The notes beneath the pieces were generated by a model, which saw nothing but the letters and a program-made list of their open reading frames with translations, was not told the DNA's origin and made no database searches. 64,000 bases of DNA from Parasitella parasitica NRRL 2501. Its lineage: Eukaryota > Fungi > Mucoromycota. Positions 35,210-48,300 of this stretch are shown here, one piece after another. The stretch covers positions 77,037 to 141,036 of the forward strand of contig MU619270.1 of NCBI GenBank assembly GCA_025201805.1. Reading direction: 5' to 3'. The stretch's first letter is position 1; each line of letters begins with the position of its first letter. Position numbers and translations under genes: made by a program.

Positions 35210-36990
35210 TTATACGTAATCATATAAAAAAGTGAATACTCGTTGGATCGTAGTGCCATACGAATAAGATAAAGACGACGGTAGCAAACTCTGGGTAGTA
35301 GATTGAACATTTGTCTCTTTTAGCTGAGCTCCCGCGTCAAACTTTGTTTTAATGGCAATGGCTCCAACATTAATTTTTAGACTTTTCAAAGAATTAGATA
35401 TAATGGCAATTCGGGGAAACTTGTTATAATATCCTGATAGACAGCTTTGCGAGATTTGTTCACTGAGAGTAGATATACCGGGCATTAGGAGATGATAGGA
35501 ATTTTGTGGAGCATCGTTCTTTTCTGTAATCAGGAGAATCTTTTGATCGTCAAGATACTTTTTTTTCGAGCTGGGCGTTTCAAGTATTGATAAAGTTTCA
35601 AAATTTGTTTGAGGAAAGGATATATACAGTAATGGCCTTTTTCATAGGAACAGCAAGTATTGATAGTCAAGTGCCTCAAATTTGGAGCAGATTGAGCAAC
35701 CTTTTCACAGAGCGCTTCACTGATCTCTTCATCGCATAAAAATTCCAAACTAGTTAATTTGTCCAAGCTGTCAAATGGGATAATGTCATTCAATTTGTCT
35801 ACTAATGATTTTTCGCTTTGATGACTATCCGAATAACCTATATAGTTTGTTTCTAATTGCTCAAACGAGCCGATAAACGATATGGTGTCCTTACAGACAG
35901 GTGGGACATGTCCATGTATTTGGAAATTGAACGTTGTGACCCCAGTGTTGCTACATTTAGTTACATCTAACAACCCTTGCCAAAAACTATCAGAATGATG
36001 CTGAATTTTTACTTGGTTTGTTGGACTTTTCAAGTCTAGAAGCAGATCCTTGAAATGCTCCATCTTGAATATATCTGGAACAATTAATTGAACTGTGCTT
36101 ATATCTTTGACCGCATCTACAATGCGCTTGGAAGAGTTTTCGAGATATGTAATAGTTGCTTTGGATACATTGGGATACTTGTATACAAGGTACTCTATCA
36201 TGTGAGGGTCTTCTAGTTTTCCTACTTTAAATATACGCAGGCTTGAAACTTGTTTTACTTTACTTGAAAGCCATTTCTTGAATTCAGCTTTCTCCATGGA
36301 ACATTCAACAGTAGAACCCCATGTGAATTCCAGAATCTCCAGATGCTTACATTTGTTAAGAATATTTTCCAGTTCCATGAAATTGGTAGACCCATTATCA
36401 GAACAAGCCAGACCATAAAGATCTAAAGCGAGTTTGTTTAGGCTTTTGAACTCGTCCAGACGAGTGACGATTGATTGCGATGACCCAGAAATTTCAAATG
36501 GTAAAAAGGAAACGCTTAGCTCTCTCAGTGAATCTTTGAAATGAAGCATTGCATCAAAATATTTGTTGTTTGTTGTATATAGCTTGGGTAATGCTTGAAG
36601 TCTATCAAATTTGCTTGATTTGTGTTGAGTAATACCAAGAAAATGATTGAATAGCGTTTGACTCATCTTGCCTTGAAAGTATTTGATATTTGGTGTTAAC
36701 GCTAGGTCAAGTACCAATTTTTGTAATGGCAGATTCAAGTCATCCATATATGATAGGTATATTTTATTGATAAACTGAGCGAGCTGTGGTTTCATTTTTA
36801 AATGGTAATGAAACTGAGCGATGTTCTTTCTTGTTAATTTCAACTTTTGACCGAACATTGCTACCTCGGCAAGAGGATTCCACTGCTTACAAGTTAGCCG
36901 ACAATTAGCTAGTCCATTTACTGATCCAACTAGATCAAATATGATGAACCACAGTTCGGTAGGCAAAGTTTGGCAAAAAGCATACTTCAT
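35210..36990 (-). pseudogene. F-box/LRR-like gene, copy A, with one frameshift
   Basis: LPTELWFIIF...CRLTCKQWNPLAE F-box. Collinear with 37901-39736; the frame is restored by removing 2 nt at 35621-35626. Confidence 0.8.
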
Positions 36991-37067
36991 TTTTTGCTTT
37001 GAATACTTGTATTTGCAATTATATATGCAAAAGAAAAAAACCCCATTTTGTTGTTTTCCGCAACTTG

Positions 37068-37099
<32 letters not shown>

Positions 37100-37900
37100 A
37101 TCAAGTAAATGAACACTAAGAGCTAGCTCAAACTTGACAAAGGCGTTATCGTTGCCTATTATATTTATTTCAATATTATTCAAAACAATGAATTTTCACA
37201 ATGAACAATTTTATAGAACGTAGTGGCAATTGATTTCCATCTTGGAATGATTTATTGTGGCCATTCAAGTTTAAAGATATACTGAATGCTTTTGTGCTGA
37301 AGCACAATGCCATTTGACTAACTTCAACTTTGTGCAAAATTTATCAGCCAAAAGGCCCATCAGTAACTTGAACCTATAAAAACTGATATTATGGGTATAA
37401 CTTAATATTAAAGGGCGTTGCTGTTCGCGCAATCAATTATTACTTGATGTGCAATTGGGCATAAATGGCGATTCCAAACCGTTGTGAAGAACTGAGAATG
37501 ATACCAGAGATCTACCTTCCATGAGTATAATAGCCCCGAGAAATAATATATCGAAGGATAGCCTTATAGACCAAAGGCTTCTTTAAGTAGTCAACCCAAT
37601 GTTCTTTTTTTTAAAACTGCTGATAAAGACGGTCTTTCATGGCAGAGATGATTTTCATCACATTGATAAAAAAGATAGATTTAAAATAAAAATAAAAAAA
37701 AAAGCATAAGGTGTTTATTCATAAATTTAAAACATGTTCATGTATAAAAAATGCCCATGTAAACGATGTATGTAAGGCCATATAAATATAATCATAGTAT
37801 TATCTGCATAGAGTCAAACGAATGAAAGTGGATCACATAAAAACAATCAAAATATTCGCATATGTTCATAAGAGTTGTTTAACCTTTGATTTTCAAAGGA

Positions 37901-39736
37901 TTAATTTCGGTCGATTTGAAACTCTTTGTCAAACTTCACGTTAATGACAAGGGCACCAAGATTAATTTTCAAGCAGTTCAAAGACTTAAACGTAAGGCGG
38001 ATCACCGGAATGTTTCTAAGATCATCTGGAACATCTCTCTGAGATATTTGCTCACATCGAGAGGGCGCACCGGGTGTCAAGAAATAGTAGTTTCCATGTG
38101 GAGCATTGGTTTTTTGCGTTACCAATAGAACCTTTTGAACCTGAGAACATTTATCTGTTGAACAAAATCGTCTGACCAAAGACACCGCTTCAAGATCTAC
38201 TTCGGGAAGAGATATAATATGCTCTTCATCATAGCAGAAGCAAGTGCCCAGGGTTAAGCTCTTTAAATCGGGAACTGGATTGTAAGCAATTTCTTCACAG
38301 ATATCTTCATTGGTCTTTTCGTCGCTGAAGAGTTCCAAGCTAGTCAATTTGTTCAACTGATCAAATGGAATTATCTGCATCAATTCACAAAATTCTTCAC
38401 TGGCAGTAGGCTGCTCAGTATTGTCCAATCTTCCCATTAAAGGATGTCCAGTTTCATCAAATCTTCTTGAGGTAGGCTGCTCAAAGTCTTCGTCGTCTAT
38501 TTCATCGATAAACTCCGTAGGGTAATCGATATAGTTTATTCCCAAGTGAGACACTGGCGAAACAGACAACATAATTTCTTTGTGGATTGCCTGAGCATAT
38601 CCATTTACTAGGATATTGAAGTGTGTGGTTCCAGTGCTTTTAAATTTGGTTATTTCCAATAATCCATTTCCAGAGGTATTTTCCAAACGCTGCAGAATAC
38701 GCAATTGATTTGTTGCACTCTTCATTCTTCGAAGCAAATTCATGAGACCTTGGTAAAGATCCGTATTTGAATTGAGACTTTCAACGTTAGGCATATATCC
38801 AATCACTTGAAACATGTCAATATTCTTCACTTCCTCCATAATGCGATCAGAAAAGTCCTTGATATACCCAACAGTCATATTTGAAACGCTGGGATACTTG
38901 TATAAAAGATACTCTATTATAAGAGGGCTATATACTGTACCGAGCTTCAATGTATGAACGTTTCGTACTTGTTGTACATTGTGGAGCTTAAGAAAATCCT
39001 TAAACTCCTTTTTTCCCATAGTGGTGGACCGGTAATCCACGATTAAAGTAAGCGAGGTAAGATTTTTGGTACACTTGCTAAGAATATTGTCGATCTCAAT
39101 GTATTCCATAGAGACTTCACGAAGGTGAGGCATGCCACAAAGGTCCAAACTGAGCTCAGTCAAGTTTTCGAATTCGTTCAGTCGAGGGATGACACATAAA
39201 GTTTGTTCAGGAATTTCAAAAGGGTACTTTACTACGCTCAAATGTGTCAAAGATTCTTTGAAAAACAGGAGCGTCTTATAATAGTTAGGTCTTGTGGTGG
39301 AAGCACCAATTGGTCTTCTTCTAGAGAAATTCGGCAACGATTTCAGCCCACTTAGTTTGCTTGGTGAATTTTGAGCAATTTCCAAGAGATGGCCAAATAG
39401 TTCTTCGTTCATTTCGCCTTTCAAATATCTGATTTTGGATGTCAAAGCAATGTCGAGTAATTTCGTTTCCAATGGCAAGGAGAGAAAATCACAAACATAA
39501 ATATCCTTGATGAATTCAGCCATCTTTGGATTTTTTTCCAAATGATAAATAAACTTGATGGTCTTCTCTACAGTTGTTAATTCTAAGTTTTGACCAAACA
39601 TTACTTCCTCGGCATAAGGATTCCAATCTCTGCAAACCAATCGGCAATTGCCTATCCATTTCACAGAATTGACTTGGTGAAATACCATGCACCATATTTC
39701 CAGAGGTAAGGTGAATTTTTCGTATGGGCGTTCCAT
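37901..39736 (-). CDS. F-box/LRR-like protein, copy B (intronless, about 611 aa)
   Basis: LPLEIWCMVF...CRLVCRDWNPYAEEVMF F-box followed by LxxLxL repeats. Tandem paralogue of copy A (IEYLLYKYP and IPFDQLNKLTSLE here; IEYLVYKYP and IPFDSLDKLTSLE in copy A). Confidence 0.9.
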   Translation of the reverse strand: MERPYEKFTLPLEIWCMVFHQVNSVKWIGNCRLVCRDWNPYAEEVMFGQNLELTTVEKTIKFIYHLEKNPKMAEFIKDIYVCDFLSLPLETKLLDIALTSKIRYLKGEMNEELFGHLLEIAQNSPSKLSGLKSLPNFSRRRPIGASTTRPNYYKTLLFFKESLTHLSVVKYPFEIPEQTLCVIPRLNEFENLTELSLDLCGMPHLREVSMEYIEIDNILSKCTKNLTSLTLIVDYRSTTMGKKEFKDFLKLHNVQQVRNVHTLKLGTVYSPLIIEYLLYKYPSVSNMTVGYIKDFSDRIMEEVKNIDMFQVIGYMPNVESLNSNTDLYQGLMNLLRRMKSATNQLRILQRLENTSGNGLLEITKFKSTGTTHFNILVNGYAQAIHKEIMLSVSPVSHLGINYIDYPTEFIDEIDDEDFEQPTSRRFDETGHPLMGRLDNTEQPTASEEFCELMQIIPFDQLNKLTSLELFSDEKTNEDICEEIAYNPVPDLKSLTLGTCFCYDEEHIISLPEVDLEAVSLVRRFCSTDKCSQVQKVLLVTQKTNAPHGNYYFLTPGAPSRCEQISQRDVPDDLRNIPVIRLTFKSLNCLKINLGALVINVKFDKEFQIDRN

Positions 39737-40287
39737 TTTTGATTCGTATGTTTGATAAAGAAAAAAAAAGAAACTCTTCTGCATCTTTCCACCTCATTTA
39801 TATACGAGGCCAAGCATATATTGATGGTAAGGCTGGATTAGAGCTTGAACTGGTCATCAGCATCCGTAAGCTGCTTACTGGGTATATTGTATTAATTGAG
39901 CATGATAATGAGCTTGATCTCATGACTTTTTGTAGTCAAATAACGTTGCTTAACCAAGGTGGCTATTATACTCGTATTACTATTATCAAGGCCTCGGGGT
40001 CTCTTATTTTCTGACATGTATCGTACCAGTGAAAATTTCTTTTTTAGTAACCAATAGCGCAAGTATAATGCGTGGCTACCTATCTCCTTCATTATGCGAC
40101 ATATGTCACGGGCCTCTTTTACAGTAATTAGAAGTGTCTGTCTTTGGAAATATTCTCAAAATCTTTCCCTTGTAAGCAAAGTGGGAATGTTTTCTTTGAA
40201 GTATTTAACAAGATGCGTAATTTCAACGTTATATTCGATAGCTTTTCGCGCATTTTATTATCATATGTATACAGCTCAATCTCGTTA

Positions 40288-41299
40288 CTAATTGTCTTTG
40301 CTCTCATCATCTTCTTCATTCCCTTTGTCAAAGAGCTTAGGGCTCACTCGCATCCCCATTGTCAATTGTCCAGACTTTATAAAACATCGATTGTCAGTGT
40401 TTTTTCGGGGGGGGGGGAGAATAGATATGTATATATATTTATATACTTACTGATATTGGGCAAGGGAAGTATGAGGACTGGTGAATAGTTGGCGATATCG
40501 CTATTCCTGCAATTCTAATTGTTGGGACTATGTCATATTCAATGTAAAGATCCTCCTTATCAGAACCACCAAGCAAGCCACATTTAGAAGCAATGTCTGT
40601 AAGCATTGCATAACCTTCATCTTTAATTGGATCATAATGTATTGAGAAAGGAAATGTAAAGTTGCTAATCCCGTACGATCTTATATTTACGTTGTAGATC
40701 TCACCACCCCCTACCGAAACTTTAGGAGCAGTAGGGTAGTAAGCCTATATATACAGCATGAGGATCTTTTACATTCTCATTCGCTCTATTTTGCTTACAA
40801 TGGCTCGGATTGATTCAAAGGTTATACTTTCAATGTTGTCGTTTACAACACCAATTTTGAGACCAAAGTTAACGCTGAAAGCGAGAGTATTATTTGATTT
40901 CTCGAATGGAGCGTAACCATCAGGATGTTTTGTAGGCCCGTTAAAATCGACTTTGGGAATTTTGAATATGGCTGCCAGGACACCAACAATAATCAAAAAT
41001 ATGATGAACAACAAGAGCAGTGTACAACAGCCATATCTTGCCCACATTGGCAGACAAGGACAGCAGATGCAGCACAAATAGTGTTTCAATGAGCGTCTTT
41101 TGTTCTCAATTTCACCTAAAAAGTGGTATAATGGTTAACATAGCAACACTTTGAAAAAATCCTTACCATCAGGCACTTGCTCAAAATGCTCTACGGCTGT
41201 CTTTTCATCTTTTCTTACGAAATAGTGGTCATTATGTTGCTGATCTGACATGAAACTGCTATCTGCAGTCGTTATAGGCGGTGGCTGATTAAAATTCAT
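40288..41299 (-). CDS. Single-pass membrane protein, LEA_2/NDR1-HIN1-like, Cys-rich juxtamembrane region, 4 exons
   Basis: Manual splice: MNFNQPPP...HYLCCICCPCLPMWARYGCC-TM-KIPKVDFNG...VVNDNIESITFESIRAIAYYP...VGGGEI...FTFPFSIHYDP...KCGLLG...FPCP...DN*. Confidence 0.8.
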
Positions 41300-42373
41300 T
41301 CGCCTTCAAATATGAATCGAGGTTAAAAGAGCAAGAAAAATGAAACGCATTTTATAATTTGTGATGAACTGAAAGTGATGATCTGCTTGCATTCAACATG
41401 CAGCCAAGTATCAAATCTGCACAAGCAGTGAAGCTATATAGATAGCCAAAATCGATTTTTAAAATCGGGCTCAAGTGTATAATACATCAAATGTTTTCCT
41501 TGTCCGCGCTTTGGTTTGAGAAGAACGCCTTTGATACGAAAGAGTATGTTCATTTATACCATTTTGGCATTGCGCTGCATGTCAGTGTATTGATATGCAT
41601 AGCAATTTTGTAATGCTGTGTTTCCACCCTCACTTTACGAAAACTCTGCCTACTTTTCAGAGCTATTTTTGGCATGTGTGTAAAAACAGCCATTTTCCGA
41701 AGAGCCCACAAGTCGTCCTGAATAATTGAGCTAGCCTGTTCAAATGATTGAAGCTAACTTGCCCCGCATTTTAAATATAGATGAACTATAGTTTACAGAT
41801 TATTTTGACTAGCTTCTGGCAAGGTTTTGGCTAGCTGATTAATAATTTAGGGATTACATTGTTCGAAAATTAGATGAAGTCTCTATAGCATCTCCAATGG
41901 TGCATCAGATCACAAACAAATCACAACCTTGGAATATTTTAAACGGTAGAAAAGAATGAGCAAGATTATTTCTAGGTTCAATTGGAGAAATAATACCAAA
42001 CCCTTTCTCATTATGGCACTCATAACGCTTCTCATTATAGCTCTTTGTTAGATTCGGAATGCTATTACAAGAAAAGCTGTACTCATTAAACAGGTGAAGA
42101 CAGATAGCCTTTTATGGAAACTTTCTTACAAGTACCCCACTGGTAAATGAAGTGTATAATCCACGTCCGTGTTTTTTGAAAATCTTTTTTTTTTTTTTTC
42201 TACAAGGAACTGATACAGTGCTTTGTTGTACATATAACATATATCTCAATTCTATATAATTTTAAATACTCTTTTCTCTTCAACATACACTGTTTTCATG
42301 TACTAACACCCCATCAAATTATAACCTTGATTAGACATACAAAAGTACACTTGACGGAAACATATCAAGCAAA

Positions 42374-45300
42374 ATGACAACCTTACAAGTCTATGCTCAT
42401 AGACTAGCCGACGCAAATTTAGGTACGCAGAAAAATCTATATAGCATTTTATCACTTTAACTCACTCCAAATTAGCCATTAATCTGAAAGTTACTATTGC
42501 GAACGAATTGAGAGACCAAGTAGAGGTGTTCCAGACAGCAGAGTACCCTAAATTTCTGTCGACGCTTGTACCAATATTTCTTGATATCCTTCAAAACGAC
42601 CAGCCTGTTTTCATCAGCAATGCACCTGAACAAGTAATTGTGCAAAAAATAATAAATAGGGTAGAAGACTCACTTTTTTTCTGCTTTTTATCTGATAGAA
42701 ATTAAGAAACATTATACTAGAAATCATTTATCGACTACCACAAACTGAGGCATTGAAGGAATATGTACCAGAATTATGCAAAGCGTTAATGAAGATTTTA
42801 CGCGTAGAGAATGAAGATAACGCTGTGGTTTGCGTGAAAATCATCATTGATTTGCACAGATCATTTCGACAAGTATTGGAAGACCAGGTCCAGCCGTTCC
42901 TCGAGATTGTACAAGAGATATTTCAAAATATGGAGCAGACGGTGAAAGATGCATTCGATAATCCTGATATCACTACAGTAAGTTGCCCCAGAGTCCCACA
43001 CATCACACATTGCCCCAGTGCTGATTCAAAAAATAGCCTTTGTCAGCAGTATCTCCTAGGCCAATGTCTCCAGCCGCCGATACACCAGAGACACCAACAA
43101 AAGTTCTGGCCAAGAGCATGTTTAGCTTCAAAGTCTTGACAGAATGCCCGATTATAGTTGTATTGCTCTTTCAATCCTACCGACGATCCGCAGCAGACAA
43201 TATCATGAAATTCATACCGCTAATTTTTCAGGTACAATTTTGTTTTCAGAGCTTTGGAAAGAGAGGGGCATTAGGACTAAATCTCTTGCTGCATATATTT
43301 AGACGTTGAGCCTGCAAGCCGCGCCTCAAATGGAAGCTGCTAATGCTGCACTTGCAAGGGGAGAGGTCTTTGTGGGTGTCAGTCCAGCTATCAAACAGCG
43401 AGGTCTCTACAATGAGTTCATTGTGGCCCAGGTCAAGACAATGTCGTTTTTGGCCTACATCTTGAGGAGCTATACAACACTCTTACGACCTTATCAAAAC
43501 AAAATACCTGATTTTGTATTGCGATTATTGAGAGAATGTCCAGCTGAATCATCCTCGACAAGAAAGGAGCTGCTTGTGGCCACCAGACACATTCTATCAA
43601 CAGATTTCCGCACATCATTTGTACCCAAGATCGATCTGCTATTAAACGAAAAAGTGCTGATAGGTTCAGGCGTTACAGCCCACGACACATTGCGACCCTT
43701 GGCTTACAGCATGCTGGCAGATCTCATACATCACATTCGCGCAGAGCTGTCAGCATTTCAGTTGTCTCGCACCATTTACATCTACTCTCGCAACCTTCAC
43801 GATGCCACGCTAGCTCCCAGCATCCAGACAATGTGCGGAAAACTACTTCTCAACTTAATAGACTGTATCATGAAGATCCCTGATAAGTCGGAAGGAAGGG
43901 AGCTGCTGATGCGTATTTTGGACGCTTTTGCAAGCAAATTTGAAGCCTTGAACATCCAATTCGGCTCTTGTGTAAAGCAGTACAAGAAGAGGAATGCAGC
44001 TGCCAAGAAAGGCGATGAAATGGAGCAGGACGACTTCACAGAGGTTGACTTTGATCGTGCGCGCTCCATCCACACAGTATCTTTCCTGTCTGAGCCGACA
44101 CACGACGGAATTAAAGACGGCAGATTTCTGTTTAAGAATCTGGCAATTGGACTAAAGCCTTTGTTCATCGGCCTTCGCCATTGCAATCCGCCGCCGCCAC
44201 AGGGACAGGACATCAACCCCCAGCTATACGCACAGTTTGCCCGTGGATTTTCACAGGACGACGTACAGCTGTTTGTTCGATTGTTTAGGGAGGGTCTCAA
44301 ATGCTTCGAATACTACAACGTCGATAATTACGGAGACGATGGATCTCTGCCTGATTATTCACCACTGCAGGAGGAGCTGTCCAAGGACAATTGGACCATC
44401 GGATCCACAGAAACGTGCCTGAAGCTGAACGTTCAGCAAAACGGAGAAAAGGAAGTATTAGACACATTTCCCATCGTCTTTACGCTGCTTGATCCGGCTA
44501 TATTCCAGGAGCTCTTTGCGTCGCAGATTGACTTTTTCTACGATCGCATGCTTATCAACACCTCACTGTTGCACTTGTCGCAGTACTTTTTGGTCAACGA
44601 GATCACAACACAAGGATTCGCTGGCATTTTGTTTAGGTTTTTGGTAGATCGCATCGATGATCTAGGTCAGGATAATCTTCACTACTCGGCTGTCATGCTT
44701 CATTTGTTCAGATTAGCGTTTATGGCTGTCAACCTGTTTCCCGACTCCAATGAGGGCATTCTGCAGCCTTATCTGGCCAATTTGGTCATGTCCTGCTTCA
44801 AGCTGGCTGCCAAGGCCAAAGAGCCTGCCAACTACTTTTTGTTATTACGGGCTCTGTTCAAGAGCATCGGTGGCGGCAGATTTGAGTTGCTCTACAAAGA
44901 GGTCTCCCCTCTACTGCAGGTAATCCTCGAAAATCTCAATGCACTGCTCTCCCTGGCTCACAAAACAGACATGCGCAACTTGTTTGTGGAGCTTTGCTTG
45001 GCCGTTCCTGTGCGTCTTAGCACCTTGTTGCCGTATCTTCCCTACTTGATGCGCCCTCTAGTCATTGCTCTGCAAGCAGATCAAGACCTCGTATCGCAAG
45101 GTCTACGTACAATGGAGCTCTGTAACGACAATTTGAACCCTGAATTCTTGGACCACATCATGGCCCCCGTCATGTCTGAATTGATGGATGCGCTTTGGAA
45201 ACATTTGAAGCCTCTTCCCTACAATCAGCAGCACAGCCATGCAGCAATGCGGATTCTGGGTAAACTAGGCGGTCGTAATCGTCGCATGCTCAAGAGTCCA

Positions 45301-48300
45301 CCCAAGCTAGGCTTCAATGCGCGCATCGAGAGTGGCATTTCGCTTGAAGTCGTGTTTGAGCCAAGTCCTACGCCACACACGCTTCCACTGGACAAGTGCC
45401 TGGAGATTGCTATCCATGCATTGACAACAGCGGAAACCGATATTGTCTACAAGAAGCACGCATACAATTTCTTAAAGACCCATTTGGTTTTAATGTTGGA
45501 ACTGGACGAAGGGCCTAACGATTTAGCAGAAACTTTGTATAAACGAGTAAAAGAGCAGTTTACTGATCGTCCGTCTGACGAAGAGAATTCAGCGACAACA
45601 GCTCCAGCAGCAGCAGCAGCAGCGACAACGGAGGCAACCACTCCTACATCTGCTACCCTCGTCACGCAGAATATGGGCCGCATTACAGTGGATGAAGACA
45701 GTTCCGTGGTTGGAAACATGTTGAATGAATCAGGCATGAAACCCAAACGACTTGCCGGTAATGGCTACACCAAGTATGTGTCCAAGCGAGTTGCTCAGGA
45801 GGAAGCGCTTCGCTCTATCCTGGTCTCTGTCATGTCTGCATCCATCATTCCTGAGTTGAGTGATGACGCCTGGAGCTTCTTTTTGAACATCTGCCGCCAT
45901 TTCACACTGTTGCATATTGGAGAGGCCATTGAAGCTAAAGAAAATGGCCGCAAGCCATTAGCCAACATGATGGACGAACGCCTCACTGTACAGCATTTGA
46001 ACACGACTATCCTCGTGGAGGCTATTGTCGAGATTATGTCCTCATCTCAAGTCCAGCTCCGTGGGCGCGGCCAAGAAGCACTGCATGCTTGCTACGACGT
46101 GGCTACTGCGATTTTTGGCTCCAAGGAAAACGTGGATCAGTTGCCTATCTTTAGAGTGTTTGCATCGCAATTCTGCTCGTGCTGCTACAAGCCGGAATGG
46201 TTCAAAAAACGAGGCGGATGTCTTGGTATCTCCATCATGAGTTCGCAACTGGATATGGGCACTAAATGGATGCGCGAGCATGAGCTTGATTTCATTCGTT
46301 CTCTGCTCTTTGTCCTCAAGGACGCTGCACCAGAAATGACCAATGTCAATACAGAAGAAGCTACACAAACATTATCTCATGTGCTCAAAGTCTGTAACGG
46401 CCCTGAAGACGGCGAATCTGCGGAAGCGCAGCAGAAATTCCAAAATCTTATCACCCTGCTGCTCAGTGAACTGTCCAACTCCAACAGCACTGTCCGTGAG
46501 ACTATCCAGTCTTCGTTTCAGCTGCTCGCTGATATGACAGGCAACGAGGTGACGGAACTGCTGGCTCCTGTCCGCGAACGGCTTGTGGCTCCCATTTTTG
46601 CTAAACCTTTAAGAGCACTGCCATTTGCCATGCAGATCGGCCATATTGATGCCATCACGTACTGCTTGACACTGCGTCCCCCCTTTTTGGAATTCAACGA
46701 CGAGCTGACACGTTTACTCCACGAAGCTCTTGCGCTGGCTGACGCTGAGGACCAAGCACTTGTAAGCCGCAGTTCCCAGTATAAAAATACCACATCGCTA
46801 ATGAACCTGCGTATCGTCTGCATCAAACTCTTGTCTGCTGCGCTCGCATGTTCTGACTTCTCAAGTCAGCGACAAACCCATACCCGTGCTCGTATCATCC
46901 AGGTATTTTTCAAATCCTTGTATTCTAAATCGCCCGAAGTCGTGGAGGCTGCTCACCGAGGCCTGAAGCAAGTCCTGGCTCAACAACATAAACTCCCCAA
47001 GGAGCTTCTGCAGCAAGGCTTGCGTCCAATTTTAACCACCCTGTCCAACCACAAAACGCTCAGCGTTGCTGGCCTGGAGGGCCTGGCAAGGTTACTGGAG
47101 CTGCTGACAAACTACTTTAAAGTTGAAATTGGTAAAAAACTGCTTGATCATCTAAAGCAATGGGCAGAACCCAAGGTGCTCCAAGAAGCTGCTGGAAAGC
47201 CATTGAGCGAGAATCATGAAATCAAGATTATCGTTGCCATCCTCAACATCTTTCATCTACTCCCTGCTGCCGCCCATATCTTTTTAGACGATCTAATCAC
47301 CGTTGTGCTCGAAATGGAGGGCCATTTGCGCAGATCAGTGTCGAGCCCATTCAGACCAAACCTGATCAAATACCTCAACAGATATCCTACAGAGACTGTA
47401 GACTATTTTTACAAGAAACTGGACGATCCTAAATGCTGCCAGCTGCTTATCGACATTTTGAACATGGAAAACGCATCGCGGCTGCGTGATCAAGTAGCTA
47501 GCACGTCCACTGAGCTGACCAGCAAGATATTCCAAGCGCTAGAGCCGTCTGACAGTGTCGTCAGTGTGCTTCATTATCGCGGCGTCATGATTGTGCACAC
47601 GCTCATCAGCTACAACCCTGAATATCTCACTGTGCACAGAGAAGTGCTGGACTCTCTGCTGGAACTGTGGCGCAATCGACCAAAAAACACACTGTCTCCA
47701 CAGCAAAAGGCGCAGGAGCAGCAAAGCCTGATTGTTACGCGCGAACTGCTCTTGTTAACCAAGATCTTTGTCGAGTATCTCGAGAAAAACAGCGACGAAA
47801 TCGACATTGTGTTTGACCTTGTTTCTTTGTTTGCCCAAGAATCCGTGGTGGATTTATCCTTTTTGCAAAAGTTCTTGCTGGAGAAGGTGGCACTGGAGTC
47901 GTCTGCAAAACAGAAGCGCCGCATCCTTGAGAAATTCTTAGAAATGTTTACTGACAGCTCTGTTTCATCCTATCTCAAGATGATGGCTCTGCGTCAAATT
48001 GTGAACCCTGCATTGCTTGCTTCTTTTGTTCGTAAAAACAGCGAATACACAGAGATCCTGGATGCTGCCATGATGGAGCAGCTGCTGGAAAAGATTTGGA
48101 CAAACCTCTTGATAGATTCAAATGAGGATGATCAATACACAGAAGACTCGTTGCGGATCGAGCTGTTGCAAATGACAGCCATGATTGTGCAATACGCTCC
48201 CCAGTTGCTTGCTGACCGGCGAAAGGAGGTGATCAAGTTTGGCTGGAATTATCTGAGACTGGAAGACGCTGCTAGCAAGCAGGCTGCCTATGTACTTGTC

